In this document: positions 15,481 through 25,950 of the stretch, in pieces
Numbering within the stretch: position 1 is the first letter of the stretch
Layout of the letters: each line of letters starts with the position of its first letter
Origin: Xylella taiwanensis
GTDB lineage: Bacteria; Pseudomonadota; Gammaproteobacteria; Xanthomonadales; Xanthomonadaceae
NCBI RefSeq assembly: GCF_013177435.1
Contig: NZ_CP053627.1
Span: 360,001 to 392,000, forward strand
Length of the DNA: 32,000 nt
Direction: 5' to 3'
The notes under the pieces: generated by a model
Database searches by the model: none
Told to the model about the DNA's origin: nothing
What the model saw: the letters and a program-made list of their open reading frames with translations, nothing else
Translations under genes and position numbers: made by a program

Positions 15481-16279
15481 ACCACCACCCGAATGGGCCG
15501 TTTCGGGTCGCCACATTCCCCTCTCTCCTGGCCATTCCGGCTCTTTGAGACTGACCCGAAATCCGCAAGGATCGCCACACAGCCCGATATAGATCAATCG
15601 GTTGCGCGCGGACAAATCAAATGATTGGATGACAGCATTGGGTGGCCAAAGAAACGCAATACGGATGGATGCGCGTACATCAATGCGGGCAGAGATCGCT
15701 TGTCAGGACAACCACAATGAGGACATTCAAGATCAATGCGGAGGGGCATGATGAGCACGCAGTCCTGTTGATGTGCTGAGCTTTCCCCGGTGGCGTGCAG
15801 CATCAGCCAAGTCAAGCGCGTGTGGTCAAGGGCACCAGCAGCGAGACACCGCTGAATGTCAGCATGGTGCCACATAGGCATTGGAATACGGGTCAAGAGG
15901 CGACGTGCCGACTCAAGCCAAACATGAGAATGACGCTGGATTCACCTGCTGCGGGCCACGGCACCATCGGACTGTCACCGACAATGAAAGGACAAGAGAA
16001 TGAAGTGCTACGTCCTGCACGCGCCAGAAGCCGCGGGCATCTCCACGCGCTAGGCTAGGAAGCTCTGCAAGGTCTGTGTGAAGCTTGGCCAGCAGCGACA
16101 CTAAGGGCCTGATTGTTGGCACCGGAGGCTTCCCCGGCAATGTGACCTTGCCCGCCGCAACACTTGAGCATCCGTCGGTATGCGGCATCATCCTGTTGAG
16201 GTGCAAAACAGGCTGATGTACACATCGTGGATACATTCCAACTGAGCCGTACTTTTCAAATGTATAGGAGGAGGCCGTG

Positions 16280-17032
16280 ATGACAACACCGCAACACGTC
16301 AAGAAGGTCGCGCTGATCACGGGAGGATCTGGGGGGATTGGCAGTGAAATCGCGCGCCGTCTGGCCGCCGATGGGATGGCGGTCATGATGACGTATTGGA
16401 AGTCAGAAGACGCTGCCATGAAAGTGCTGTATGAGATAACGCAATGCGGTTACGAAGCGGCAATGGTCTGTGCCGATGTATCGAAAGCGCAGAGTGCGTC
16501 TGCCGTGTTTGAGGCTACGATGGCGCGTTTTGGTCGTGTTGATTGTATTGTCAACAATGCTGGCGTCGCTGGTGTCAGCAGGCCGAACATGATTGCTGAT
16601 GTGACCGAAGCAGCTTATGACGAGGTCTTCGATGTGAACGTGCGTGGCGCGCTGTTTATGATGCAAGCAGCGGCGCAGTATCTGCAGGATGGGGGACGTG
16701 TCATCAATATTTCGTCTGCGATAGTCAATGCATCTTTCGCTGGAGCGGCGTTGTATACCGCGAGTAAGGCTGCGCTTGAAGCGTTCAGCCGCATTTTGTC
16801 GAAGGAAATCGGCCCCCGCGGCATTACGGTCAACGCTTTGCGTCTTGGGGCGATCATTCCGGGCATGTTCGCCAAAGTGCCGCCAGAACGTCAGGCTGCT
16901 ATCGCATCCGCTTCACCGTTCAAACGTCTGGGTACGCCACAGGATGCTGCCAGCGTGGTTTCTTTCTTGGCAAGCGAGGCTGGAGGCTGGGTCACAGGCC
17001 AAGTGATTACGGTCGACGGAGGAGCAACCTGA
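16280..17032 (+). CDS. Short-chain dehydrogenase/reductase (SDR) family oxidoreductase, FabG-like
   Basis: A GGAGGA RBS (16267-16272) sits 7 nt before ATG 16280. Motifs: cofactor motif ALITGGSGGIGSEIA, NNAG, and the catalytic S...YTASK (YxxxK). The C-terminal GQVITVDGG is typical of classical SDRs. Confidence 0.9.
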   Translation: MTTPQHVKKVALITGGSGGIGSEIARRLAADGMAVMMTYWKSEDAAMKVLYEITQCGYEAAMVCADVSKAQSASAVFEATMARFGRVDCIVNNAGVAGVSRPNMIADVTEAAYDEVFDVNVRGALFMMQAAAQYLQDGGRVINISSAIVNASFAGAALYTASKAALEAFSRILSKEIGPRGITVNALRLGAIIPGMFAKVPPERQAAIASASPFKRLGTPQDAASVVSFLASEAGGWVTGQVITVDGGAT

Positions 17033-17429
17033 GACGCATCATCAAGAATTCTGTTTTTTCCTGCTGCTGATTGGCTGCGGTTGGGATGCACGATCAAGCC
17101 ATATGTGGGTTGGTGCAGTGCAATGGCCATTTGCAAAGCGTGGGTACACTTTTGACCGCGCCTCGCCAAGCTCAAGTGCAAGTGTTTGTGTCAGTACAGG
17201 TCAAGTTCGGATGAAAGATGACCTATAGGGGAGGACGGGCGACTGCGTTGCCAGATGAATTTACTTGAGTGCTTGGTGTGTTGATGCCTGACAGTGTTTC
17301 AAGGCAGAGACTACTGATAGGACAGCGAGAAGGGGTTGGTCTGCCATGTGAATTTGGACAGGTATTGCTCTGAGGACGATGGAGTATCGGCTATCCTTGC
17401 CTACTAAAATTTTCAGGAGTTGTTGACTG

Positions 17430-18206
17430 ATGCGTCGCAAGATCGTTGCTGGAAACTGGAAACTGCATGGTAGCTACGCGTTCGCGCAGGCATTGGTCGC
17501 ACAGGTGGCTGCTGGCTTGCCCCTGCCTGGAGTGAGTGTGATCATCTTGCCGCCATTCCTGTATCTGAGTGATCTGGCGCAGCGCTTCAAAGGGGAAGGC
17601 TTAACGTTTGGTGCGCAGAACGTCAGTCATCATGAGCATGGTGCCTATACGGGTGAAGTCGCAGCGGCGATGCTGGTTGACGTCGGGGCTCACTACAGTC
17701 TGGTTGGTCATTCTGAACGCCGGGAGTACTACCATGAGGACAGCGAGTTAGTGGCGCGTAAATTTGCTGCCGCTCTCAATGCCGGGTTGCGACCGATCCT
17801 ATGTGTTGGCGAGAGTTTATCCCAACGTGAGGTCGGGCAGGCCGAGACCGCTATCGCGATGCAGCTCGCACCAGTGTTGGCTTTGGTTGGCCCGCAAGGC
17901 GTGGCAAGTGGTTTGGTGGCTTACGAACCGGTGTGGGCGATTGGTACCGGGCGTCACGCGGATCCGGGCCAAGTCCAGGCCATGCATGCTTTCATTCGTG
18001 GTGAAATTGCTAAGCAAGATGCTACAATCAGCGATTCGCTGCTCATCCTATACGGAGGCGGTATCAAACCCAGCAATGCTGCGGAGTTGTTTTCTCAGCA
18101 GGATGTCGATGGTGGGTTGGTTGGCGGCGCTGCGTTGGTTGCTGAGGATTTCCTGTCTATCGCTCGTGCGGCTTCCCTTTACCCAGAGGCGGATTCGAGA
18201 TGTTGA
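17430..18206 (+). CDS. tpiA: Triosephosphate isomerase
   Basis: MRRKIVAGNWKLHGS (catalytic N/K), VGHSERR (catalytic His), AYEPVWAIGTG (catalytic Glu), ILYGGGIKPSN. A CAGGAG RBS lies upstream. Confidence 0.95.
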   Translation: MRRKIVAGNWKLHGSYAFAQALVAQVAAGLPLPGVSVIILPPFLYLSDLAQRFKGEGLTFGAQNVSHHEHGAYTGEVAAAMLVDVGAHYSLVGHSERREYYHEDSELVARKFAAALNAGLRPILCVGESLSQREVGQAETAIAMQLAPVLALVGPQGVASGLVAYEPVWAIGTGRHADPGQVQAMHAFIRGEIAKQDATISDSLLILYGGGIKPSNAAELFSQQDVDGGLVGGAALVAEDFLSIARAASLYPEADSRC

Positions 18207-18610
18207 TGCTTAATGTGATCTATGTGCTGGTAGCGATTGCCATGATCGTGTTGATTCTGATGCAGCGTGGTACTGGTGCAGCTGCAGGGTCAGGTTTTGG
18301 CACTGGTGCTTCGGGGACCGTATTTGGTGCGCGTGGCGCTTCAAATTTCCTCTCAAAATCGACCAAATGGTTGGCTGTGGTGTTCTTTGGTATCAGTCTA
18401 TTCATGGCTTGGTATGCTGGTCACGGTCACCATTCGATTGGGCAGCAGCACAGCTTGATGTCCGAAGTGTCTCCCACTCCTGCTGCCGGGTCTGGCCAAG
18501 TGACGCCGCCGGTGCTTCAAGTCCCAGCAGCTGTTCCTACAGCGCCAACCCCCGCTAAGACGCTGGCTGGTGATGCAGAAAAGGCTTCTGATCACTCGCA
18601 AAAACATTGA
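18200..18610 (+). CDS. secG: Preprotein translocase subunit SecG
   Basis: MLMLNVIYVLVAIAMIVLILMQRGTGAAAGSGFGTGASGTVFGARGASNFLSKSTKWLAVVFFGISL is the canonical SecG two-TM core with a Gly-rich loop, followed by a Pro/Ala-rich tail. The start overlaps the tpiA stop. It is followed by tRNA-Leu(GAG), as in the E. coli secG-leuU arrangement. Confidence 0.92.
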   Translation: MLMLNVIYVLVAIAMIVLILMQRGTGAAAGSGFGTGASGTVFGARGASNFLSKSTKWLAVVFFGISLFMAWYAGHGHHSIGQQHSLMSEVSPTPAAGSGQVTPPVLQVPAAVPTAPTPAKTLAGDAEKASDHSQKH

Positions 18611-18660
18611 AGGTGGTTAGAATACGCTACGTTTCGTACAGGGTCGGTCACGTAACGTAA

Positions 18661-18745
18661 GCCCAGGTGGCGGAATTGGTAGACGCACTACCTTGAGGTG
18701 GTAGCGACGTAAGTCGTAGGGGTTCGAGTCCCCTCTTGGGCACCA
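18661..18745 (+). tRNA. tRNA-Leu (anticodon GAG), class II with long variable arm
   Basis: GCCCAGGTGGCGGAATTGGTAGACGCACTACCTTGAGGTGGTAGCGACGTAAGTCGTAGGGGTTCGAGTCCCCTCTTGGGCACCA. The anticodon stem is CTACC/GGTAG with loop TTGAGGT. The T-arm is GGGGTTCGAGTCCCC, and CCA is encoded. Confidence 0.95.
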
Positions 18746-18794
18746 TACTTGTTATTGCGTGTGGCGATTTCGTCAGCGTGGAGTTCCACTGTAT

Positions 18795-18805
18795 CCCCCC
18801 CCCCC
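18795..18805 (+). repeat. C11 homopolymer tract in the tRNA-Leu / nuoA intergenic region
   Basis: gtatCCCCCCCCCCCatatatg, 11 consecutive C, 54 nt upstream of the nuoA start codon. Confidence 0.95.
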
Positions 18806-18858
18806 ATATATGCCTATGCCTTCTACTTGCTGGAGGCAGAGGTTAAGAGAGAATCGCT

Positions 18859-19215
18859 GTGCTGGCCGAATATTTGCCGAGTCTGCTTTTTCTGGTTGTG
18901 GCGACCGGTATTGGTCTTGCGTTGATACTCATTGGCAGGTTCCTCGGTCCCCATCGCCCTGATTTCGAAAAGCTTTCCTCATATGAGTGTGGGTTTGCGG
19001 CTTTCGAAGACGCACGGATGAAGTTTGATGTGCGTTATTACTTGGTTGCGATCCAGTTCATTGTCTTCGACTTAGAAATCATCTTCATCGTGCCATGGAC
19101 TCAGGTGTTCATGGACGTAGGCGCGCGCGCGCTGGTCACGATGGGCCTGTTCGTCGGGATGCTGTTTCTTGGTTTTGTATACGTATGGAAGAAGGGAGCA
19201 CTGGAATGGGAGTGA
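18859..19215 (+). CDS. nuoA: NADH-quinone oxidoreductase subunit A
   Basis: GTG start. [35 protein letters not shown] is the NuoA/ND3 signature. It is the first gene of a collinear nuoA-N cluster. Confidence 0.93.
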   Translation: MLAEYLPSLLFLVVATGIGLALILIGRFLGPHRPDFEKLSSYECGFAAFEDARMKFDVRYYLVAIQFIVFDLEIIFIVPWTQVFMDVGARALVTMGLFVGMLFLGFVYVWKKGALEWE

Positions 19216-19760
19216 TTCAGGCCATTGATCGTCTGATGACTAATCCGAGCCCGGATGGTCAGGTGGACGACATTCTGCGCCCGGAGGGCGAGAGTCCGCT
19301 CTTGCAAAAGGGCTACGTGACGACGAGCGTCGATACCTTGTTGAACTGGGCACGTACCGGTTCAATGTGGCCGATGACCTTTGGTTTGGCCTGCTGTGCG
19401 GTTGAGATGATGCATGCTGGTGCTGCCCGCCTGGATTTGGACCGTTACGGAGTCGTATTTCGCCCGTCGCCGCGCCAGTCTGACGTGATGATCGTGGCAG
19501 GTACCCTGGTTAACAAGATGGCTCCGGCTCTGCGCAAGGTTTACGACCAGATGCCTGACCCGAAGTGGGTGATCTCGATGGGCAGTTGCGCGAATGGCGG
19601 TGGCTACTACCACTATTCTTACTCGGTGGTGCGCGGTTGCGACCGCATCGTGCCGGTGGACGTCTATGTTCCAGGTTGTCCACCGACTGCAGAAGCATTG
19701 GTCTACGGCATTTTGCAGCTGCAGAAGAAGATCTGGCGAACCCAGACCATTGCACGTTGA
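19206..19760 (+). CDS. nuoB: NADH-quinone oxidoreductase subunit B
   Basis: ATG at 19206 ([10 protein letters not shown]...) within ORF 19095..19760. N2 cluster ligand motifs: [28 protein letters not shown]. Confidence 0.95.
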   Translation: MGVIQAIDRLMTNPSPDGQVDDILRPEGESPLLQKGYVTTSVDTLLNWARTGSMWPMTFGLACCAVEMMHAGAARLDLDRYGVVFRPSPRQSDVMIVAGTLVNKMAPALRKVYDQMPDPKWVISMGSCANGGGYYHYSYSVVRGCDRIVPVDVYVPGCPPTAEALVYGILQLQKKIWRTQTIAR

Positions 19761-19810
19761 TCTGTTGTTTTCATCTACTCAATAGCCAATTACTGAACAG
19801 CCAAGCCCAT

Positions 19811-20548
19811 ATGGCAGAGCAAGCCCCTTATTTCGTTGACCGTCTCACATTACGCTTCCCAGGTGCGCAGGTCTCCGTAGCCCAACCGCGCGGCGAGATA
19901 ACGCTGGACGTGCCGGCGGCCGAGTGGTACGCCGTTTGTAAAGCGCTGTGCGACGAGTTCGATTTCGAACAGCTGTCCGATCTTTGCGGAGTGGACTATC
20001 TTGGCTATGGTAATGCTGAGTGGGACACCACCGATGTATCTGCACAAGGCTTTAGCCGTGGTGTTGAGGGCAAGTCGGTGGGTCGCTTCGCCTGGGGCGA
20101 GTTTCCGAGTGACGGTGCCCAGCCGTGGCAGGTGCCGCAGCAGCGCTTCGCGGTACTCGCACACGTTATCTCTTATCAGCATAACCGTCGTTTGCGGGTG
20201 CGTTGTTTTGCTCCCAACGATGCGTTACCGATGGTGGCTTCGCTGACGGACGTATGGCCTGGGGTGAATTGGTTCGAACGTGAGGCGTTTGACTTGTTCG
20301 GTATTGTGTTCGAGGGCCATCCTGATTTGCGTCGCATCCTGACAGACTATGGATTCATCGGCCATCCGTTCCGTAAAGATTTTCCGTTGATCGGCAACGT
20401 TGAGGTGCGTTACGACGAGGAACAGAAGCGTGTTGTGTACGTCCCGGTCACCTCGGTTGAACCGCGTGTCACTGTGCCGCGTGTGATCCGTGATGATGCC
20501 CGTTTCGGGACCGCGGCTGGCGAATCAGCCCATTCGGAGACTGCTTAA
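19811..20548 (+). CDS. nuoC: NADH-quinone oxidoreductase subunit C
   Basis: ATG at 19811 ([12 protein letters not shown]...) within ORF 19565..20548. [45 protein letters not shown] is the NuoC/30-kDa subunit signature. Confidence 0.93.
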   Translation: MAEQAPYFVDRLTLRFPGAQVSVAQPRGEITLDVPAAEWYAVCKALCDEFDFEQLSDLCGVDYLGYGNAEWDTTDVSAQGFSRGVEGKSVGRFAWGEFPSDGAQPWQVPQQRFAVLAHVISYQHNRRLRVRCFAPNDALPMVASLTDVWPGVNWFEREAFDLFGIVFEGHPDLRRILTDYGFIGHPFRKDFPLIGNVEVRYDEEQKRVVYVPVTSVEPRVTVPRVIRDDARFGTAAGESAHSETA

Positions 20549-21856
20549 GTGAGTGAGATTCACCAGGCGCACGGCGCGTTCGCCAGCAATGCCGCGGAAC
20601 GCAAGCAGGAGATCCGCAACTACACGATGAACTTCGGTCCACAGCATCCTGCCGCGCATGGTGTATTGCGTCTGATTCTTGAAATGGATGGCGAGACGGT
20701 GGTTCGTGCGGATCCGCATATCGGTCTGCTGCATCGCGGTACTGAGAAACTCGCTGAGTCCAAGCCGTTCAACCAGTCAATCGGTTACATGGATCGTTTG
20801 GACTACGTGTCGATGATGTGCAACGAGCACGCCTACGTACGCGCGATCGAGACTTTGATCGGGATCGAGCCGCCGGAGCGAGCCCAGTACATTCGTACCA
20901 TGTTCGATGAAATCACTCGTATCTTGAATCATTTGATGTGGGTGGGCTCCAATGCTTTGGATCTTGGAGCCATGGCCGTGATGCTGTACGCGTTTCGCGA
21001 GCGTGAGGAGCTGATGGATGTTTATGAAGCGATCAGTGGCGCACGCATGCATGCGGCCTACTACCGTCCAGGCGGTGTGTATCGCGATCTGCCGGATACG
21101 ATGCCCAAGTACAAGGAATCGCGTTGGCACAAGGGCAAGGCGCTGAAGCGTCTGAACGCGGCTCGGGAAGGTTCGATGCTTGATTTCTTGGAGGACTTCA
21201 CTGACACGTTCCCCAAGCGCATTGACGAGTACGAAACGTTACTCACGGACAACCGCATCTGGAAGCAGCGCACCGTCGGTGTGGGGGTGATTGAACCAGA
21301 TGTGGCTAAGGCGTGGGGCATGACGGGTGTCATGTTGCGTGGCTCGGGCATTGCTTGGGATCTGCGCAAGAAGCAGCCTTACGCGAAGTATGATGCGGTC
21401 GATTTCGATATTCCGCTGGGGACCTGTGGCGACTGCTATGACCGTTATCTGTGCCGTGTGGCTGAGATGCGTGAGTCCAATCGCATCATCAAACAGTGCG
21501 TGCAGTGGCTGAAGGTTAACCCCGGTCAAGTGATGATCGAAAACTTCAAGGTCGCTCCGCCCAAGCGTGAGAACATGAAGGACGACATGGAGGCATTAAT
21601 TCACCACTTCAAACTGTTTAGCGAAGGCTATTGTGTCCCTGCGGGTGAAACCTACAGTGCGGTCGAGGCGCCCAAAGGCGAGTTCGGGTGTTATTTGGTC
21701 TCCGATGGTGCGAATAAGCCGTTTCGTGTGCATTTGCGTGCACCGGGGTTCGCACACCTGTCTTCAATGGATGCGGTGGTTCGTGGCTATATGCTCGCCG
21801 ATGTGGTGGCCATGATTGGGACATACGATTTAGTGTTTGGTGAGGTCGACCGATGA
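20549..21856 (+). CDS. nuoD: NADH-quinone oxidoreductase subunit D
   Basis: [34 protein letters not shown] and the C-terminal DLVFGEVDR are 49-kDa subunit signatures. The GTG start directly follows the nuoC stop. Confidence 0.95.
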   Translation: MSEIHQAHGAFASNAAERKQEIRNYTMNFGPQHPAAHGVLRLILEMDGETVVRADPHIGLLHRGTEKLAESKPFNQSIGYMDRLDYVSMMCNEHAYVRAIETLIGIEPPERAQYIRTMFDEITRILNHLMWVGSNALDLGAMAVMLYAFREREELMDVYEAISGARMHAAYYRPGGVYRDLPDTMPKYKESRWHKGKALKRLNAAREGSMLDFLEDFTDTFPKRIDEYETLLTDNRIWKQRTVGVGVIEPDVAKAWGMTGVMLRGSGIAWDLRKKQPYAKYDAVDFDIPLGTCGDCYDRYLCRVAEMRESNRIIKQCVQWLKVNPGQVMIENFKVAPPKRENMKDDMEALIHHFKLFSEGYCVPAGETYSAVEAPKGEFGCYLVSDGANKPFRVHLRAPGFAHLSSMDAVVRGYMLADVVAMIGTYDLVFGEVDR

Positions 21857-22380
21857 AGGCGACAAATAATTTTGAAGTCGCGCGTGATGTCGACCCACGC
21901 GTGGTTCTGAGTGACAGTACGCGTGCTCACATCGATCATTGGCTTACCAAATTTCCTCCAGATCAGAAGCGATCGGCCCTGCTGCAGGGGCTGTATGCCG
22001 CGCAGGAACAAAATCAGGGCTGGTTGACCGATGAGCTCATCGCCGCCGTGGCCAAATATCTCGATATTCCGTCGGTATGGGCGTATGAAGCCGCCACGTT
22101 TTACTCGATGTTTGAGACTCGGAAGGTGGGCCGTCATAACGTTGCTTTCTGTACCAATATCAGTTGTTGGCTCAACGGAGCTGAGGACTTGGTGACACAT
22201 GCCGAGAAAAAACTTGGTTGCAAGCTCGGCCAGTCCACGGCTGACGGGCGCGTTTACCTCAAGCGTGAGGAAGAATGCCTTGCCGCTTGTGCGGGTGCTC
22301 CAATGATGGTGATTAATGGTCATTACCATGAGCGCCTGACCAAGGAGAAGGTTGACCAACTGTTAGATGGGTTGGAGTAA
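21853..22380 (+). CDS. nuoE: NADH-quinone oxidoreductase subunit E
   Basis: 2Fe-2S thioredoxin-like subunit with Cys pattern [11 protein letters not shown]...[21 protein letters not shown] overlap with nuoD. Confidence 0.93.
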   Translation: MKATNNFEVARDVDPRVVLSDSTRAHIDHWLTKFPPDQKRSALLQGLYAAQEQNQGWLTDELIAAVAKYLDIPSVWAYEAATFYSMFETRKVGRHNVAFCTNISCWLNGAEDLVTHAEKKLGCKLGQSTADGRVYLKREEECLAACAGAPMMVINGHYHERLTKEKVDQLLDGLE

Positions 22381-22384
22381 CGTC

Positions 22385-23719
22385 ATGGCACAGCCTCACG
22401 TATCCAAGGGGCCGGTTGGCCCGGCGCCCCAACCTCACCAAGTGGTCTATACCACGTTGCACTATGAAACCCCGTGGTCGTATGAGAGTTACTTAAAGAC
22501 CGGCGGTTACGCCGCGTTGCGCAAGATTTTTGAAGAGAGGATGTTGCCGGAGCAGGTCATTGAGATGGTCAAGCAGTCGAACCTGCGGGGCCGTGGTGGT
22601 GCGGGCTTTCCGACGGGCCTTAAATGGTCCTTCATGCCGAAGGGCACCATGCAAAAATACATCTTGTGTAACTCTGACGAGTCCGAGCCGGGAACCTGTA
22701 AGGATCGTGACATCCTGCGCTATAACCCGCATTCCGTGGTGGAGGGGATGGCGATTGCATGTTACGCCACCGGTGCGACCGTGGGTTACAACTATTTGCG
22801 CGGTGAGTTCCACCACGAGCCGTTCGAGCATTTTGAGCAAGCGTTGGCTGATGCTTACACGCATGGTTGGCTTGGCAAGAACATTTTAGGAAGCGGTGTT
22901 GATATCGATATCTACACCGCTCTTGGTGCGGGTGCTTATATCTGCGGCGAAGAGACTGCACTGATGGAGTCCCTGGAAGGCAAGAAGGGACAGCCTCGCT
23001 ACAAGCCGCCATTTCCAGCCAATTTCGGTTTGTATGGCAAGCCATCGACGATCAATAACACTGAGACGTACGCTTCAGTGCCAGCGATTATCCGCAATGG
23101 TCCGGAATGGTTTCTGTCTTTAAGCAAGACCAAGAACGGCGGCCCGAAGATCTTTTCGGTCTCAGGGTGCGTGCAGCAAGGGGGTAACTTCGAGGTGCCG
23201 TTAGGCACCACCTTCGACGAACTGTTGGAGATGGCCGGTGGCCTGCGTCCAGGCCGCGTTCTGAAAGCGGCAATCCCAGGGGGGGTGTCGATGCCGGTAT
23301 TGAAAGCTGACCAGCTGAAAGGCCTTCCGCTGGACTATGACACCCTGCGTGTGCTAGGCACGGGCTTGGGCTCGGGAGGGATCGTGGTTCTTGACGACAG
23401 TGTTTGTTGTGTCCGTTTTGCCTGCCGCATCTCGCAGTTTTTTTATAAAGAATCTTGTGGCCAATGCACTCCGTGCCGTGAGGGGACTGGTTGGATGTAC
23501 CGCGTTTTGGAACGTATCGTCGCCGCTCAGGGCACGATGGAAGATCTGCACCAGCTGAAGACAGTGGCGGGACAGATTGAGGGGCATACCATTTGCGCGT
23601 TTGGCGAGGCAGCGGCTTGGCCGATTCAAGGGTTCCTGCGCCAATTTTGGGATGAATTCGAGTACTACATTGTTCATGGCCGGTCGATTGTTGACGACAA
23701 GGTGAGAGTGGCTGCATGA
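22385..23719 (+). CDS. nuoF: NADH-quinone oxidoreductase subunit F (NADH/FMN-binding)
   Basis: ATG at 22385 (MAQPHVSKGP...). Motifs: GLRGRGGAGFPTGLKW (FMN site), YICGEETALMESLEG, and ESCGQCTPCREG (N3 4Fe-4S). Confidence 0.95.
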   Translation: MAQPHVSKGPVGPAPQPHQVVYTTLHYETPWSYESYLKTGGYAALRKIFEERMLPEQVIEMVKQSNLRGRGGAGFPTGLKWSFMPKGTMQKYILCNSDESEPGTCKDRDILRYNPHSVVEGMAIACYATGATVGYNYLRGEFHHEPFEHFEQALADAYTHGWLGKNILGSGVDIDIYTALGAGAYICGEETALMESLEGKKGQPRYKPPFPANFGLYGKPSTINNTETYASVPAIIRNGPEWFLSLSKTKNGGPKIFSVSGCVQQGGNFEVPLGTTFDELLEMAGGLRPGRVLKAAIPGGVSMPVLKADQLKGLPLDYDTLRVLGTGLGSGGIVVLDDSVCCVRFACRISQFFYKESCGQCTPCREGTGWMYRVLERIVAAQGTMEDLHQLKTVAGQIEGHTICAFGEAAAWPIQGFLRQFWDEFEYYIVHGRSIVDDKVRVAA

Positions 23720-25950
23720 GTGCGCAACCTGTGAATCCTGAAGTGCCGCCCGATCGTGTCACCATCGAGATCGATGGCCAGCATCTGGTTGTACCGAAAG
23801 GCTCGATGATTATCCAGGCGGCTGATAACGCTGGTATCCCGATCCCGCGTTTTTGTTACCACGAGAAGTTGCCCATCGCGGCCAACTGCCGCATGTGTCT
23901 TGTCGATATCGAGAAGGTGCCGAAGCCATCACCAGCGTGTGCTACGCCGGTGATGGAGGGGATGAAAATCCGCACGCGCAGCGAAAAGGCACTGCACTAT
24001 CAGCGGAGTGTGATGGAATTTCTGCTGATTAATCATCCGTTGGATTGTCCGATTTGCGACCAGGGAGGGGAGTGTGAGTTGCAGGACGTCTCGATGGGTT
24101 ATGGACGCTCGGTCAGCCGTTTCAATGAGCGTAAACGGGTGGTGCCGGATGAGGACATTGGTCCGTTGGTCGCGACCGAGATGACCCGCTGTATTCAATG
24201 CACACGGTGCGTGCGCTTCACTGCCGACATCGCCGGTACCTACGAGTTAGGCGGTATGTACCGTGGAGAGAATCTGCAAATCGGTACTTACGACGGCAAG
24301 CCTCTAATCACTGAACTGTCTGGCAATGTGGTCGATGTGTGTCCGGTCGGTGCACTGACCAACAAGGTGTTTCAGTTCCGTGCCAGGCCGTGGGAACTGA
24401 TGGCATGCCAGTCGCTGGGGTATCACGATGCGATGGGTTCCAACTTGTTTCTGCATGTGCGTCAGGGTGAAGTGCTGCGTACAGTGCCGCGTGACAATGA
24501 GCAGGTGAACGAGTGTTGGTTATCTGACCGTGATCGCTACTCGCATCAGGGGTTGTACGCGACTGACCGCGCGGTCAAGCCGCTGAAGAAGATCGGTGAC
24601 GCATGGTGCGAAGTGAGTTGGGCCGAAGGTGTGTCCGCGGCTGCTGAGATCTTGCGTGCTTATCGTGGCGACGCGCTTGGTGTGTTGGTGCATCCCGCGA
24701 CTTCGAATGAGGAGGGCGCGCTGCTGACACGTCTGGCGGCGGGGCTGGGCACGGGTCATCTTGATCATCGCATCTTCAACCGTGACTTTTCCGATGCTGC
24801 CGTGGCCGAGCCGTTTGCGTTGCCGTTGGCAGAGATCGGCAACGCTGATCTAGTCGTATTGTTTGGAAGCAACGTGCGTCAGGAGTTGCCGTTGCTGCAT
24901 GCTCGTCTGCGCAAAGCGGTCACTTGCAACGACGCCAGAGTGTACGCGGTGAATCCGGTCGATTTCGATTTCACCTTTTCGCTGACTGGGAAGTACATCG
25001 TTCCCCCGTCGCAGTTGGCCAATGCGTTGTCCGATGAGGTCCTGCTCAATGCGGCAAAAGCTGCTGCCCGCGTGGTGATTGTGGTCGGTGCATTGGCCGA
25101 GAATCATCCCCAAGCCGCCGCATTGCGTGCTGCCGCGCGGCAGTTTGCTGAGATTACCGGTGCGGCGTTGTGTCGCATCCCACAAGGGGCTAACTCGGTT
25201 GGACTCACCCAGCACGGCGTGTTGCCAACAGGGCATGATGCTGCGGCGATGCTCGTCGAGCCTTGTCAGGCTTATGTGTTGTACGGGATCGAGCCGGGTT
25301 TGGACTTTGCTGACACTGCGACCGCACGTACCGCACTGCATGGCGCCAAGGTGGTCGCGTTCAGTCACTTTGCTTGTGCCTCGACCCGTGATGTGGCGGA
25401 TGTCATCCTGCCGATTGGCTTGTTGCCTGAGATCGATGCGACGCTGACCAATCTCAATGGCCGCGCTCAGGTGGCCAAACCAGGTGGCAAGTTACCGATT
25501 GAAGCCCGTGAGGGTTGGCGTGTGCTGCGTGCCTTGGGAGGTGAATTGGGCCTATCGGGCTTTGATTTTGTCGACTTGGCTGGTCTGCGCGCTGAGGTGC
25601 GGCCGCACCCTGTTGTTCCTACGACATCGGCACAGCCGGTGACAGCGGAGGAAGGGTTGGAAGTGGCGGCGACACCAGCGATTTATCGCACTGATGCCGT
25701 CGTACGCCGTGCTGCTGCGTTGCAGTCGCATCCGCTGAATGTTGCTCCGGCGTTGGCTTTACATCCAGAGCAGGCGGTGCAGTTGCAAGTGGTCGCTGGT
25801 CAGATGGTCAAGGTAGGTGCTGCTGCCGGTCAAGCGACGCTGCCAGTGGTGTTGGACAAGCGCGTCGCCCTGGGTACGGTCTGGATCGAAACCGGCCACG
25901 GTGCTACCGCTCCAATCGGTGCTGGTCGCGTCACGATGGTGGCTGTATGA
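23716..25950 (+). CDS. nuoG: NADH-quinone oxidoreductase subunit G
   Basis: 744 aa. The N-terminal 2Fe-2S motif is [19 protein letters not shown]. Also [19 protein letters not shown] and [10 protein letters not shown] cluster motifs, plus a molybdopterin-oxidoreductase-like C-terminal region. ATGA overlap with nuoF. Confidence 0.95.
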   Translation: MSAQPVNPEVPPDRVTIEIDGQHLVVPKGSMIIQAADNAGIPIPRFCYHEKLPIAANCRMCLVDIEKVPKPSPACATPVMEGMKIRTRSEKALHYQRSVMEFLLINHPLDCPICDQGGECELQDVSMGYGRSVSRFNERKRVVPDEDIGPLVATEMTRCIQCTRCVRFTADIAGTYELGGMYRGENLQIGTYDGKPLITELSGNVVDVCPVGALTNKVFQFRARPWELMACQSLGYHDAMGSNLFLHVRQGEVLRTVPRDNEQVNECWLSDRDRYSHQGLYATDRAVKPLKKIGDAWCEVSWAEGVSAAAEILRAYRGDALGVLVHPATSNEEGALLTRLAAGLGTGHLDHRIFNRDFSDAAVAEPFALPLAEIGNADLVVLFGSNVRQELPLLHARLRKAVTCNDARVYAVNPVDFDFTFSLTGKYIVPPSQLANALSDEVLLNAAKAAARVVIVVGALAENHPQAAALRAAARQFAEITGAALCRIPQGANSVGLTQHGVLPTGHDAAAMLVEPCQAYVLYGIEPGLDFADTATARTALHGAKVVAFSHFACASTRDVADVILPIGLLPEIDATLTNLNGRAQVAKPGGKLPIEAREGWRVLRALGGELGLSGFDFVDLAGLRAEVRPHPVVPTTSAQPVTAEEGLEVAATPAIYRTDAVVRRAAALQSHPLNVAPALALHPEQAVQLQVVAGQMVKVGAAAGQATLPVVLDKRVALGTVWIETGHGATAPIGAGRVTMVAV

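Noticed and set aside
15501-15561. 9-bp inverted repeat tttcgggtc / gacccgaaa separated by 43 nt, just outside the right repeat.
   Set aside because: A single 9-bp inverted repeat with a long loop is expected by chance in 32 kb. There is no U-tract or partner element.
14954-15580. 208-aa minus-strand ORF sharing the peptide string SARSGKKK with ORF 5276..5551 (minus), which could look like a duplicated gene.
   Set aside because: The shared peptide is just the antisense translation of the two direct-repeat copies (terminator plus flanking DNA). The remainder is antisense to the permease pseudogene. It is not a gene family.
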